Positions 25,238-37,572 of a DNA stretch of 64,000 nt are shown in pieces; the stretch's first letter is position 1; the number at the start of each line of letters is the position of its first letter. The notes beneath the pieces are model-generated. The model did not search any database. It was not told the DNA's origin and saw only the letters and a list, made by a program, of their open reading frames with translations. The stretch is from Octopus vulgaris (lineage: Eukaryota): the NCBI GenBank assembly GCA_951406725.2, contig OX597814.1:92318001-92382000 (forward strand), read 5' to 3'. The position numbers and the translations under genes were made by a program.

Positions 25238-26114
25238 CTGGGTCTGATCAATAAGTATCCGAACTGTTACCATAGTAACGAAGCTAAACACGCAGAGTAA
25301 AGCGCTTGGCACAGATCGACCGTTAACTCTGCTGTGCACGTGCATTAAACTTTAACGTTCTAGCTTACTCCCTTTGCTTACAGCAGTGCCTGGAAGGAAG
25401 TTGTGTAGCATGTGATCGTTGTATTGATCATGACAGAGAAAGTTGTCATGACGATACCTGCATAGTGGCTTGCGCAATGTTGCAGAAAGTCTATGGAGAG
25501 AAGTGTATGAGCTGCACAAAAGTGTAGGAGTGTTTCAAACGTTTCCAAGATGGCCGAAAAAATGTCAATATTGACGAACGTTCTGGAAGCCCGCAATCAG
25601 CAGAACTGAGAAAAACATCGCAGAACTGCATGCTGCAGTGAGGAAAAAATCATCGATTTACCATCCGTGAGTTATCAGAAGATATACAAATTAGTTACGG
25701 TTCGCTTCAGTCCATTATCACTGAAGATTTCAGTATGAGACGCGTTTCGGCCAAGTTTGTGCTAAAACTGCTTTTAGCTGACCAAAAAGACACTCGGGTT
25801 TCAGTTGCACTAGATCTCACTGATTGTGTCGAAAACGATAAAAAACCTTTTTGAAAACTTTGCGTAGGTCTCTGAACAGGTATCGCCAAGCTTATGGCAA
25901 AATTTGATTGAGATTCTCTTTTCAACATTCTTTGTCATGGTCAATGCGACGTACACACACTACACACGTTACTTCCAAGCACTGCTGTAATCAGCGGAAG
26001 TAAGCTAGAGATTCAGTGTACAGGAACATCATAGATCAATCTCAATCTGTGCTAAGCGGCTGTACTCTCCGCACTTTAGCTTCGTTAACAGTCCGGATAC
26101 ATATTCATTAAACC

Positions 26115-26117
<3 letters not shown>
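25238..26117 (+). mobile_element. Internally deleted mariner-like DNA transposon
   Basis: TA-flanked imperfect TIRs (ctgggtctgatcaataagtatccgaactgtt / aacagtccggatacatattcattaaaccatg). Decayed N-terminal transposase FKRFQDGRKNVNIDERSG..RFTIRELSEDIQISYGSLQSIITEDFSMRRVSAKFVLKLL. Confidence 0.88.
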
Positions 26118-26163
<46 letters not shown>

Positions 26164-26174
26164 TATATACACAC

Positions 26175-26207
<33 letters not shown>

Positions 26208-26306
26208 TATGCATACACACATATATATAAATATATATACATATATATATACATATAAACATATATATACATATATACATACATGCATATATATATACAT
26301 ACGCAC

Positions 26307-26338
<32 letters not shown>

Positions 26339-26344
26339 CAAATT

Positions 26345-27386
26345 TCATTAAATATTTTTATCAGTGGCCGGCATATGAAAAATATATTTTAAGGTGAAAA
26401 TTATAAATACAATTATAAATAAGGGTGAAATGAAAAAGTTTCTTTGCCAATATGCTAAAAAAAATTGACGCTAAATCATCTTACAACATAAACTATTTTA
26501 CCTTATACTATTACATTACGTGCCGAAACGAGGAAGCCAAGCTAACCGAAATTCAGAAAAATATAGTTATCTCCGAATCGGTTCTTGATCAATCCAAAAA
26601 GATTCTTCCTTCATCAGCGAGGAACACAAAACGAAAATAAATGATATACTTAGACATAACCACGGAAAAGCAGATGCAAAGTCATGAATACATTTAAGCA
26701 TCCCAAATATATCCAAATAGAAATTCCGTAGCAAGCCTCGCCACAAGTGCAGTTGGTCAGGAAACGAACACAAGTGGTTAACCGAAGTGAATGAGAATTT
26801 AATTACTTCTAATATAAGTATAAAATTTTATTAGATGTATATATTTTACGTGGCTAGACGATTTAACGTCTAATTTTCAGCATTCTGACAAAGAAATGTT
26901 TTTCTTTTCGTCCTTATTTATAATTGTATTTATAATTTTCATCCTAAAATGTATTTTTCATATGCTAGCCACTGATAATTTTTTTTCATAAAATGTTATC
27001 CTTATATTAGAAGTAAATAAATTCTCATTCACTTCGGTTAACCACTTGTGTGTGTTTCCTGACCAACTACACTTGTTTGGAGGCTTGCAACGGAATTTCT
27101 ATTTGGATAGTATTTCATTTAGTCTTTCATTTAGTCTAAGTATTTCATTTATTTTCATTTTTTCCTCCTCGCTGATGAAGGAAGAATCATTTTTAGATTA
27201 ATCCAGAAATCGGAACCGATTCGGAGATAACTATATTTTTATGAATTTCTGTTAGCTTGCTTTCGTCGTTTCGACATGTAGTGTAATAATATAAGTGAAA
27301 ATATTTTATGCGCTTAAACGATTTAGCGTCTATTTTTCAGCATATTACCAAAGAAAAGATTTTCTTTCCGCCCTTATTTATAATTG

Positions 27387-27388
<2 letters not shown>
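26345..27388. mobile_element. Large inverted/tandem pLTR-like repeat cluster carrying hammerhead-like motifs
   Basis: About 26405-26817 is a diverged reverse complement of 27002-27388, and 26364-26424 of 26912-26974. (TA)n-flanked. Confidence 0.75.
27165..27226 (+). ncRNA. Hammerhead-like motif (degenerate); defective antisense twin at 26571-26622
   Basis: CUCCUCG-CUGAUGA-AGGAAGAAUC(AUUUUUA)GAUUAAUCCA-GAA-AUCGG AA CCGAU-U-CGGAG. Confidence 0.55.
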
Positions 27389-27453
<65 letters not shown>

Positions 27454-27506
27454 ATATATATATGTGTATATATATCTTTATATATGTATGTATATATATG
27501 TGTGTG

Positions 27507-27553
<47 letters not shown>

Positions 27554-27695
27554 ATATACATATATATATAAATACATATATATATATATATGTATGTATA
27601 TATATATATGTGTATATATATACACACATACATATATATATATACATACATATATATAGATATATATATACACACACATATATATATATATACAC

Positions 27696-27747
<52 letters not shown>

Positions 27748-27776
27748 GTGTGTATATATATATGTGTATATATATA

Positions 27777-27839
<63 letters not shown>

Positions 27840-27872
27840 GTATGTGTGTGTATATATATATATATATGTATG

Positions 27873-27938
<66 letters not shown>
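27386..27938. repeat. Compound (TA)n/(TG)n/(CA)n microsatellite of about 550 bp; representative of dozens of such tracts in the window
   Basis: Direct reading. This kind of tract generates the YIYI/CVCV pseudo-ORFs. Confidence 0.97.
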
Positions 27939-27941
<3 letters not shown>

Positions 27942-29020
27942 TAAAACAAACATCCCCTTCAACATTGCAAGAAGGATATGCACAATAGTGTCAGAACAAA
28001 ATACCAGGTACTTTAGACTGCAAGAACTCAAAAACACCCTAATTGACAGACATTACCCAGCTCAACTCATAGAGGATGGGATCAGACGTGCAACAGAAAT
28101 CAACATAGAAACTTTAAGAAAAGTTCAACACAACAACACACCTTCCCCGAAAATACTACCTTACATTTCTACATACAACCCCAGAAACAAAGAAGCCTTC
28201 ACCATCATCACCCAGAATTTACCAATACTTCATAAAGACCCCAAATTAAAGGAAATTCTAAACATACACCAAATCATTAAAAGCTACAAACAGCCTAAAT
28301 CACTTAAAAAGATTCTCACAAAGGCAAAATTGTCTTCTGAAATTACGGATGCAAAAGTAAAAAAATGTGGTAGATCGAACTGTGCAACATGTCCTAACCT
28401 GCTAGAAGGATCAGAATTCCTCTTTAAAGAGGGACAGAAATTCAAGATCAAATCTAACTTTACTTGTGCCTCTGAAAACATAATTTATGTCATAAAATGC
28501 TCGGGCTGCCACCAAGACTACGTGGGTTCCACGGGACTATCACTCAGACGTAGATGCACACTGCATCGACAACAGATTGCATTCCCAGAATATAGAATGA
28601 TACCTTTTAGTGAGCACATTGAGAAATGCGCAAAGCAACTACTACCACAATTTTTAATCTTTCCATGTTACCAATGTGCTTTCGGATCATCAACACAAAT
28701 TAGACTAAACAAGGAAACATTCTTCATTGAAAAGTACAAGCCCAGACTCAACCATCCGAACATACTGATACAGAGAAATTCACACCAAGGGAAAGGAAAA
28801 AATTTTTAAGCGATTATCTCCCTTACACCGGAAGAAATCACTCACTACCTCCCCTTATTTTAGAACTCTCCTGAACATAAACATAACGATAACTCTATTC
28901 AACATAAACATAACGTCGCAAGAAATTTGAAAAGCTACACGCGAAACCGGTCTTTCTTTTAAATTATGTCATTATAAGAGGGGAAAAAAAAAATTTTTTT
29001 TAATTTTCTAATATTCTTCA
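27939..29020 (+). mobile_element. 5'-truncated Penelope-like retroelement (Neptune-type): RT thumb, Cys linker and GIY-YIG endonuclease, open to the stop at 28809
   Basis: [28 protein letters not shown] (PLE thumb), [10 protein letters not shown] (Zn-finger linker), [26 protein letters not shown]...[14 protein letters not shown] (GIY-YIG with CCHH). Begins directly after a (TA)n tract. Confidence 0.93.
28920..28958 (+). ncRNA. Minimal hammerhead motif in the PLE 3' region, U3-A8 core variant
   Basis: AAGAAA-U-UUGAAAA-GC(UACAC)GC-GAA-ACCGGU-C-UUUCUU: 6-bp stem I, palindromic ACCGGU stem III, GUC triplet, about 110 nt after the PLE stop codon. Confidence 0.62.
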
Positions 29021-29405
29021 GACATATTGACGCAAATATATATATTTTTTAACATTTAAGCCTTCTGTAGTTTTTTCACTCTTTACTACTTTCTATATAT
29101 TCACCCACGTGCTTTCACAAACCAACTTTCTTATCTATCTATCTATATATATATATATATATATAAAGAGCAGCCAAACTTTGGCTACTCTTTCTAGTGA
29201 GTCGGATGTCCTTTTATGGCCGTCCCTTATATGTTTGAATGTATATCACATAGTCTATTGACTATTTTTCCTTTCTCACTTGACCGCTGGTAGCGGAGAA
29301 TTTTTCTAGAATTTTTTGCTACCCTAAAATTTACTAATTATATATATATATATATATATGCACACACACACACACGCAAACACACACACACACACACACA
29401 CACAG

Positions 29406-29436
<31 letters not shown>

Positions 29437-29797
29437 AATGATGGGCTTCTTAGGGCTTCCGTCTACCAATTAGACTGGGTTGAAAGAAAGATATGTTGTA
29501 GGTACTTATTTATGAGACATTGACCTCGTCACATGTCGGTAACAAATTCACTTCTATTTCTACTGAACTCGTTACACTGCTTGATTTACTCAATTCTATA
29601 CTTGTCACTGCATTCCATTTCAGTAAGACTACGCTTTCTACACTACTCCTTTCAATCGACCGCGTACTTTAATTTAAATGGCCTCATTCAGGTCACAGAA
29701 TTCATTGAAAAATTTTGCTCTGCTCAGTGCATTTGCACGTCTTTTGTAGCAACCGTACATACTGAACCTAAAGTAATCCTCCACCTTGTGAATGTGC

Positions 29798-29845
<48 letters not shown>

Positions 29846-29877
29846 GGGGGAGTGTATGTAAACATATATATACATAT

Positions 29878-30397
29878 AGGTGCAAACGTGGTTGTGTGAT
29901 AAGAAGCTTGTCTCCTAACCACATGGTTCCGGATTCATTCCCACTGTGTAGCATTTTGGACTTGTCTCTTCTACTATAGCCTCGGGCCGACCGAAACCCT
30001 TTTGAGTGGATTTGGTAGATGGAAACTGAAAGAACGTCCTATGTGTGTACGTGTGTGTGTGTGTGTTTAAGTGTGTGTGTGTGTGTCTGTGTGTTTGTGC
30101 GTGTGTGTGTGTGTGTGTCTCTGTGTGTGTGTGTGTGTGTAAGTTTGTGTGTGGGTGTGTGCGTTTATTTTTGTGAGGGTATATTTCTGTCTGTGTTTCT
30201 CCCCCTATATTTTTTGACAGCCGATGCTGATGTGTTTACGTCCCCGTAAATTAACGGTTCAGCATAAGAGACCGATAGAATAATTACTAGGCTTACAAAG
30301 AATAAGTCCTATGGTCGAGTTCTTCGACTAAAAAAAAACTATTTAACGTAGTGCTCCAGCATGGCCGGAGTCAAATAACTGAAACAAGTAAAAGAAC
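29878..30397 (+). mobile_element. SINE family A copy with expanded internal (TG)n
   Basis: Same head and tail as 8231-8633. Confidence 0.85.
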
Positions 30398-30510
30398 ATA
30401 TATATATATGGGTATGTTTGTATAAATATATATACATACATAACTATATAGAAACATATGCATATTTATGAACACACATATGCATACGTGCATACAGACA
30501 GATAGATAGG

Positions 30511-30603
<93 letters not shown>

Positions 30604-30637
30604 TAGCGATGCATATTTTCTATTATTATCGTTATTC

Positions 30638-30672
<35 letters not shown>

Positions 30673-31409
30673 TAAAGATAATCATCATCAAACTTATTGA
30701 AATAGAGTAGAAAGGATTTTAATCCCGGGAAAAAAATATGAAAAAGCTTACTCTAATAATTGCAACCAATCCTCTTGTCAACTTTCGTTATACCTAGAAA
30801 TCATTTGACTCAATAAACAAAGAATTTCCAGGCTCTAGAGATTTGGATACTTAACAATTTCTATATAAAATATTATGTGAGTAAATGTTCCTAAGGCTAA
30901 ATTTATTTTCAGTCTAAAAATATATAAAAACTATCAAATACAAGAATGCACTTTCTATGTTATGTTAGATAGCAGATAGCAGAGAAATTAATAGATATAC
31001 GGCAGTCATACTTAATGCCTTTTACTCTGGTTCCAAAGGAATTTTAGGGATCCATTAAACGATAATAGTGGACATATAAAAATTCGGTATAATTTGTGGA
31101 AATAAGAATTAAAATGTACGGAAATGTAAAAACTTAAGACGTGTGTATAAAATGAAGAAATTCAGAATTAAGATTTTATGCATAAAAAGAAATGAATTTT
31201 TCGTAAACCGGAAAGTTCGTAATGTGTAATCTTGAAGTAAAACTGCTCCTTCTATATAGAGCTGATGAATAAATTGAAATGAAAGAGAGGTTGATGACCT
31301 CAAGCTGACATTTACTCGAAAATTTAATCCATTATGCAGTGGTCATGAAAGAATATTACTTTAGGAGTGGAATTATATGCATGTGTTCAATATTAATGAA
31401 CGTACTAAA

Positions 31410-31625
31410 GCAGTGAGCTGGCAGAATCGTTAGCACGCCGAGCAAAGTGCTTTCGGGCATTTTGTCCGAATTTTACGCATTGAATTCAAATTCCGCAGAG
31501 GTCGACTTTTCTTTTCATCTTTTTTGGAGTGAATAAAATAAGTACCAGTTGAGTATTGGGGTAGATGTAATCGACTTACCCTAACTCCGAAATTGCTGGC
31601 CTTGTACCAAAATTTAAAATTAATA
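31410..31625 (+). mobile_element. SINE family B copy (diverged)
   Basis: gcagtgagctggcagaatcgttagcacgcc...gtcgact...aaataagtaccag. Confidence 0.8.
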
Positions 31626-31725
31626 TTAGTGAGTGCTCGAAGTTCATAATGGTGATACATATTATAGGGAAGCTCTCTTTCTTACTCTCTCTCGCACACA
31701 CACTCATGTATGTATATATATGTAC

Positions 31726-31787
<62 letters not shown>

Positions 31788-31789
<2 letters not shown>

Positions 31790-32202
31790 TCTTACTCTTT
31801 TACTTGTTTCAGTCATTTGACTGCGGCCATGCTGGAGCACCGCCTTTAGTCGAGCAAATCGACCTCGGCACTTATTCTTTGTAAGTCCAGTACTTATTCT
31901 ATCAGTCTCTTTTGCCGAATCGCTAAGTGACGGGGACGTAAACACACCAGCATCGGTTGTCAAGCAATGCTAGGGGGACAAACACAGACACACAAACATA
32001 TACACACAAACATATACACACACACTTATACATATATACGACAGGCTTCTTTCAGTTTCCGTCTACCAAATCCACTTACAAGGCATTGGTCGGCCCGGGG
32101 CTATAGCAGAAGACACTTGCCCAAGATGCCACGTAGTGGGACTGAACCCGGAACTATGTGGTTGGTTAGCAAGCTACTTACCACACAGCCACTCCTGCGC
32201 CT
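31788..32202 (-). mobile_element. SINE family A copy (full length, near consensus)
   Basis: Reverse complement of the family A head and tail. Confidence 0.9.
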
Positions 32203-32314
32203 ATGAGGATAAAATCTATATAAGATTTTATCAAGTAGCCAACGTGCAAAATTAATTACGGAAAAGATTGATACAAAGTATATCTTTTTTTCCTTTATAT
32301 ATAAAATACATAAT

Positions 32315-32658
32315 TATATCAAGGGTTATTAATTTAAGGACAAGCCACACGCAAAAAGTGGACTCTAAAGTCAAACAAATTAAATAAACAGGCACCGAAT
32401 TCGAAGGAATAAGTATAGGAGAAATTCCGTTAAAAAGGGTTTAGTCATATATCATTAATGATTTCGTTGTCAGCATGTATAATATGCTCTCCATTCATCA
32501 GTGTAGACATAGCCAGGAAAATATAAGTATAAACGTTTATACATACAGTGCGAACATACCCTCGAATTCGGTGCCTGTGTAATTTTATTGAATTAGCTTG
32601 AATCTAAAGTCCCCTTACAGCGTGTGGCTTTGCTTATAGTAATAGTCCTTAACATAAT
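32315..32658. repeat. Diverged inverted repeat arms of about 95 bp enclosing a hammerhead motif
   Basis: aagccacacgc...acaggcaccgaattcgaagg pairs with ccctcgaattcggtgcctgt...gcgtgtggctt. Confidence 0.75.
32444..32508 (-). ncRNA. Hammerhead motif with a 12-nt palindromic stem III, sense to the DPEP pre-mRNA
   Basis: GUCUA-CA-CUGAUGA-AUGGAGAGCAU(AUUAUAC)AUGCUGACAAC-GAA-AUCAUUAAUGAU-A-UAUGAC. The base of stem II is mismatched. Confidence 0.6.
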
Positions 32659-32681
32659 ATATATGTATATATATATATATA

Positions 32682-32763
<82 letters not shown>

Positions 32764-33074
32764 ATATGTATGTATGTAATTATGTATGTGTATGTATATA
32801 TATCATTGCTATGATGCAAAAGTATCCTCAGTCCAAAACGTAGCTTTTTTAGAAAACGAAAATATAATTTCACCATTCCATAGCAAAACCGTTGTACTAC
32901 ACTTGGACAAATTTCTATATCTTGGCATCTGAAGCAACTGAAGATACAATAGTCTGACTAAAAGAACCGGTTATTGCAAGCAAATATAAATATTGAAAAA
33001 AACGCATTTGGCCAAACTTGGACATACGATAGTTTAGCATAATAGCAACGATATATATATATATATATATATAC

Positions 33075-33116
<42 letters not shown>

Positions 33117-33959
33117 GGGGGTTGCTGTTTATCGTTTTAAAGTCGATTTTACACATTTAAATTGAAACGTGGTGCGCCTTTACGATAATTCGAAAAGTGT
33201 TAAAGTAAAAACCGTGATTATGGAGATTAAGAAAATTATAAAGATGGAAAAGAGAAATCATATAAATGATAACTAGATGAAGCAAAATGCGCTAAATAAT
33301 TCAAGATATGGAATTCATAATTAACTATAGGAGGTGTGCATATGAAAAGAGAATTTTGTATTGTCATGATGGCGTGTAAGATAGTAATATTAAAGTGTAT
33401 ATCGTTAATGAGTTTGCGTAAGGGAAAAAGAAAACTAGTCTGATGTTATGGAAAATATTGTACAATGCAAATATGCTTGTTAGAGATTTGTGTGAATTGT
33501 AACAACATGGGGCGGCGTTATCAAAATATCAACTGTTAACCACACGCACGCACACACAAACACACACACACACACTCACACACTTAAGTGTATATCTGCA
33601 AATCACTACGTTGTATTTACAAACCTTAAAACGAATGCCCACGAAGCCATAGAAATTACGCTCCTTCTCACTAGGATAAGTCGTTGACTTTTTATATTGC
33701 TAGCGAAAAACCTTACCATTCTTTTTTTAAATTCTTTCACTTCCTTCAATCTGTAGAGAAAGAACGATGTTGGCTGATCTAGAAGGATACATGGGAGGGG
33801 GTTGCATCCCTTACAAAGCAAACTACGGTATTCATGTATGGAGCTAGTTTGTTGGTGGAAATTGACATCGTTTATTGACATGGCAATCACAGCATCATGA
33901 AAAACATTGAAAATTTTAGGGAAAGAATTCTTGTAGAAATTTTATAATGTTGCTTTCTG

Positions 33960-34230
33960 AGTTCTCTTTGCAATGGGAGACATATTGCGCTTGTGGAAAC
34001 ATGGCCTTGCAGCAATGGTTCTGAATGGAGGGAGAACTGTCAAGGTCAAGGGGATATGTGAAGATCTTCCCAAGACACGGTGTGGAACAAATGTACCAGT
34101 TTCCGGAGCCTTCTTGAGGCCGTGGTGGAAGCAGAGGGCGGCTAGTTTGAGTAAGCAGTTATCTCCTGGCCATAATCTACTTCATAATTTTATATCTTTT
34201 AAGATACTTTTAAATGATTATTCCGGAGCA
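33960..34230 (+). mobile_element. Short decayed 3' end of a maT/mariner-like transposase
   Basis: FRSLLEAVVEAEGG*FE* parallels FRSCL*AVVEANGNFIE* of the 36800 element. Confidence 0.55.
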
Positions 34231-34380
34231 TATTCACTATCTACTTCAATTACTACTTCCCATTTGCTTGGCAGATGGTCAGACTATCATTTAAAGATGT
34301 TTTTGCTAAATATTGTTATTATTTTTGTTGAATAAAATATGTTGAAAAAACAAAGCTGCACCAACCCAATATATATATTC

Positions 34381-36343
34381 TGGCTTATTCTGGAAAACAA
34401 CACTTTCTTCTTCAGTGGAAAGAATTACATCCAAATTAAAGGCACGGCGATGGGAACGATGTTTGCCCCTGTTCACGCAAATTCTGTAATGGGATACTAG
34501 GAACAGCAGCTCCACCAAGAAGAGGAAATCTATAGCACTGAATTTAGAAAGTACATTGAAAAGTATGGAAGAGATACCTAGACGACTGCTTCATAATCTG
34601 GACACAATCTCTAAATACTCTGGAAGAGTTCAATATCCTCCTGAACAACCTACATCCATCTCTCCAATTTTCAAGGGAGATGGGTAGTACCAAATTACCA
34701 TTCCTAGATATAATGGTAATTAAAAAGGACACCACCATAACCACAGATATATACTATAAACGCACGGACACACATCAATACCTGAATTTTAAGTCGTGCC
34801 ATCTACCACATACAAAATGCAACATCCCATACTGCCTAGCCAGAAGAATTTGTATCATTGTAGAAGATGCGACTATCAGGAACAAACGCCTAACCGAACT
34901 AAGAGAATTTTTACTCAAACAAAAATATCCGTCTCTACTTATAGAAAATGGCAAACAGCGGACTATAAAAATACCCATACAACGACTTAGGATGACCCAA
35001 AGCGGAGGAAAACAAGAACAAGTCATACCACTTATAGTGACACACAACCCATGTTACCAGAATATCTTCAATACTGCCAAAGCAATCCTACCAATCATTA
35101 CTCAAAGTAATGAATTAAAAGATATAATCACGGATCGAGCTATGGTTCTTAGTAAAAGACAGCCTAACACTTGAAAAAATTATTAGCAAAGGCAAGATTT
35201 GACCTTAGCAACAAAGACCAAACATTCACTGTATCTAGATGCAATGATAACCAATGTGCACCCGCCAATTCATACATACCGGACAATATATGAACACAAA
35301 AACCGGAAAAATATTCATAAACGCAAATATCAACTGCAAAAACAGAAATTTAGAATAATTGTAGTTTTTGTCACTGTTTACAATTGTTTACAAATTTGGT
35401 ATAACGATGTATACTAATTATGAAAAGGAAATTCATTTTTCCTATAAATCCACAATTAAAAAAGGTATTAGCCTTTAAAATTTGCAAAAGTTGGGTATTC
35501 AGAAGCTAGTATTTTACACATGACCATATCGAAAACCCAAAGATGCTGCGCAGGCGCACAAGGAGCAGAAGGAGATATGAGAAAGATAATCAACCATAAT
35601 AATACTCTTGTGTTTTTCTCCGTTGCAACATGTTGAATGACAAAGGAAGGGGTGATATATGAATAAGGAAGGAAGGGATAATGGCAAACTGATAGTGGGG
35701 GAGACGTTTCAACTCTGTGTGTGTATGTAAAAGTGGGGGGGTATGTGAATGTTTGTGAATGTGTGTGCAATGGAAGTGGGATGGTAAACATTTAAGACTG
35801 AAAAGAAACATCAAACGGCATTTCAACTCTGTGTGGGTATATGTGTGCATGTGTGTGCATAGCAATGCTTTGACATGCCGATGCCCGCCCCCGATCATGG
35901 AAGAGGCAATGAACGCCCTGTTTTCTGATTGGCTGAAAATTCATAAAATTATCAAACTTTAAACACATGTAACATTTTTGAAATTTTTTTCTGGAATAAA
36001 TGAATAACAAATTCGGATTCAGCGTCAAAACTTACATCTATATGATACATTAAAACATTTTTTTAAAGATAACCGCAAAGATCTGAAATTTAATTTACTG
36101 TATCAAATACCCGAATATGTGGATCAGTCTGTTAATGCACTATCAGAACGGTCACGTGTGCACCGACGGCAAATTAGAAATCCAGATGTCCGTCAGATAC
36201 CTTTGAGTAACCATCTAGCAACATGTGGTCGGAAAATATTTATAATATTTCCAGTCCACAAACTACACAGTCCAAGGGAAATCGAGAGAAAGATCAGAGA
36301 AAAGAACCTTACTGATAAATTTCAACCCAAGCTAAATAAATAA
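34381..36343 (+). mobile_element. Degenerate Penelope-like retroelement (RT C-terminal half plus GIY-YIG) split by an insertion at 35353-36084
   Basis: LILENNTFFFSGKNYIQIKGTAMGTMFAP..AN..MGY, W.RYLDDCFIIW, LPFLDIMV, IYYKRTDTHQYLNFKSCH..HTKCNIPYCLARRI, then NCKNRNL|IYCIK...LSERSRVHRRQIR..LSNHL..E..LTDKFQPKLN*. Contains stops and frameshifts. Confidence 0.92.
35353..36084. mobile_element. Nested non-coding insertion with an 8-bp target-site duplication (GAAATTTA)
   Basis: GAAATTTA at 35345-35352 and 36085-36092. Removing the insert restores the PLE reading frame NCKNRNLIYCIK. Confidence 0.75.
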
Positions 36344-36799
36344 TAATAATACTTAGAGGTAATATTTCTACTGTTACGACCACTACCACTAACAACAACA
36401 ATACTAAAGATTCTCATGATGACGATAATAGGAAAATACTAGAAAAGTCAAGAGAAAAATTACTAAAAATAATCTTGTTTGGGGTTTAAAGTTTCATTAC
36501 CACATCTACTGCTACCACCACTAACAACAACAACAACAATAATAAAGGTGATGATAATGGTGATGATGATAATTGAAAAGTAAAAATCCCTGGGAAATGT
36601 TTATAACATTTCTAAAAATAGCCAAACAATTACTGCTTTAGCCAGGGTCTAAATACGGGCCTCTTGATATGTTTAACAAACCGTGACGCTTAAACCAAGC
36701 ACTGATCAACTTAAGTAGTTTACTGAAGCCACACACTGATTGATCAGAATTTTGTCGACTACACAGTATATTAGGGTCTGTCAATCTCAGGACAGTGTA

Positions 36800-37525
36800 A
36801 ATTGAAGACAGTGCAATCTGAGGCCATGTACCGAGAGTGATAAAAATCAAACACCTATTCATCATCCTTAATGATTGGAGTAATCACTTGTGATGGCGAC
36901 GTTATGCCTCCATTCATGTTCCCACACGCCCTCAGACCCAATACAGAGGCCTATATCAAGTACCTGGAGGAGGAAGGTCAAGAGGCTGACTGCTGGAAGA
37001 CCCTGTGTCTGGCAAAAGGACTCTGCACCATGCCACGCAAGCAGGAGAACCCAGTCATGGCTTCCAGGCAATTTCTGCGATCACATCACCTCTAACATCT
37101 GGCCACCTGACTCCCCAGACTGCAACCCCCTTGATTATTATGTGTGGGGCACAGTTGAGCAAGAGACCAACAAAACTCCTTGTATCTCCAAAGATGAACT
37201 GAAGACAAGGATTATCGCAGCATTCACCACCTCAAACAAGGAGACCGTCCAAAAGAGCTGTAGAAGATTCCGAAGTTGTCTGTAGGCTGTGGTTGAAGCC
37301 AACGGCAATTTTATTGAATAGATTTACTGTTTAGTATTTCAAGATATTTTTATGTAATTCTGGTAAATATATTTGTTAAAACGAGATGTCAGTGTTATTT
37401 TAATTTTTGCATAATCTCCTCTTTAATTTTGTCCCTCTCTTTTGCTTAAGGAACCACATTAATTCTTAAAACTTAATATTATGCATGTTTCTAGTTTAGA
37501 CGATAGTTCCTTCACCGCACCATGT
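36800..37525 (+). mobile_element. maT (DD37D) Tc1/mariner transposase remnant
   Basis: GVITCDGDVMPPFMFPH..WQKDSAPCHASRRTQSWL..WPPDSPDCNPLDYYVWG. There are 37 residues between the second and third catalytic Asp. Frameshifted. Confidence 0.9.
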
Positions 37526-37538
37526 GTGTGGGTGTGTG

Positions 37539-37572
<34 letters not shown>

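Noticed and set aside
27295-28809. 504-aa ORF as a novel host protein
   Set aside because: The first ~215 codons are a stop-free (TA)/(TG) microsatellite read as Y/I/C/V. Only 27939-28809 is real coding sequence, and it belongs to a truncated Penelope-like element.
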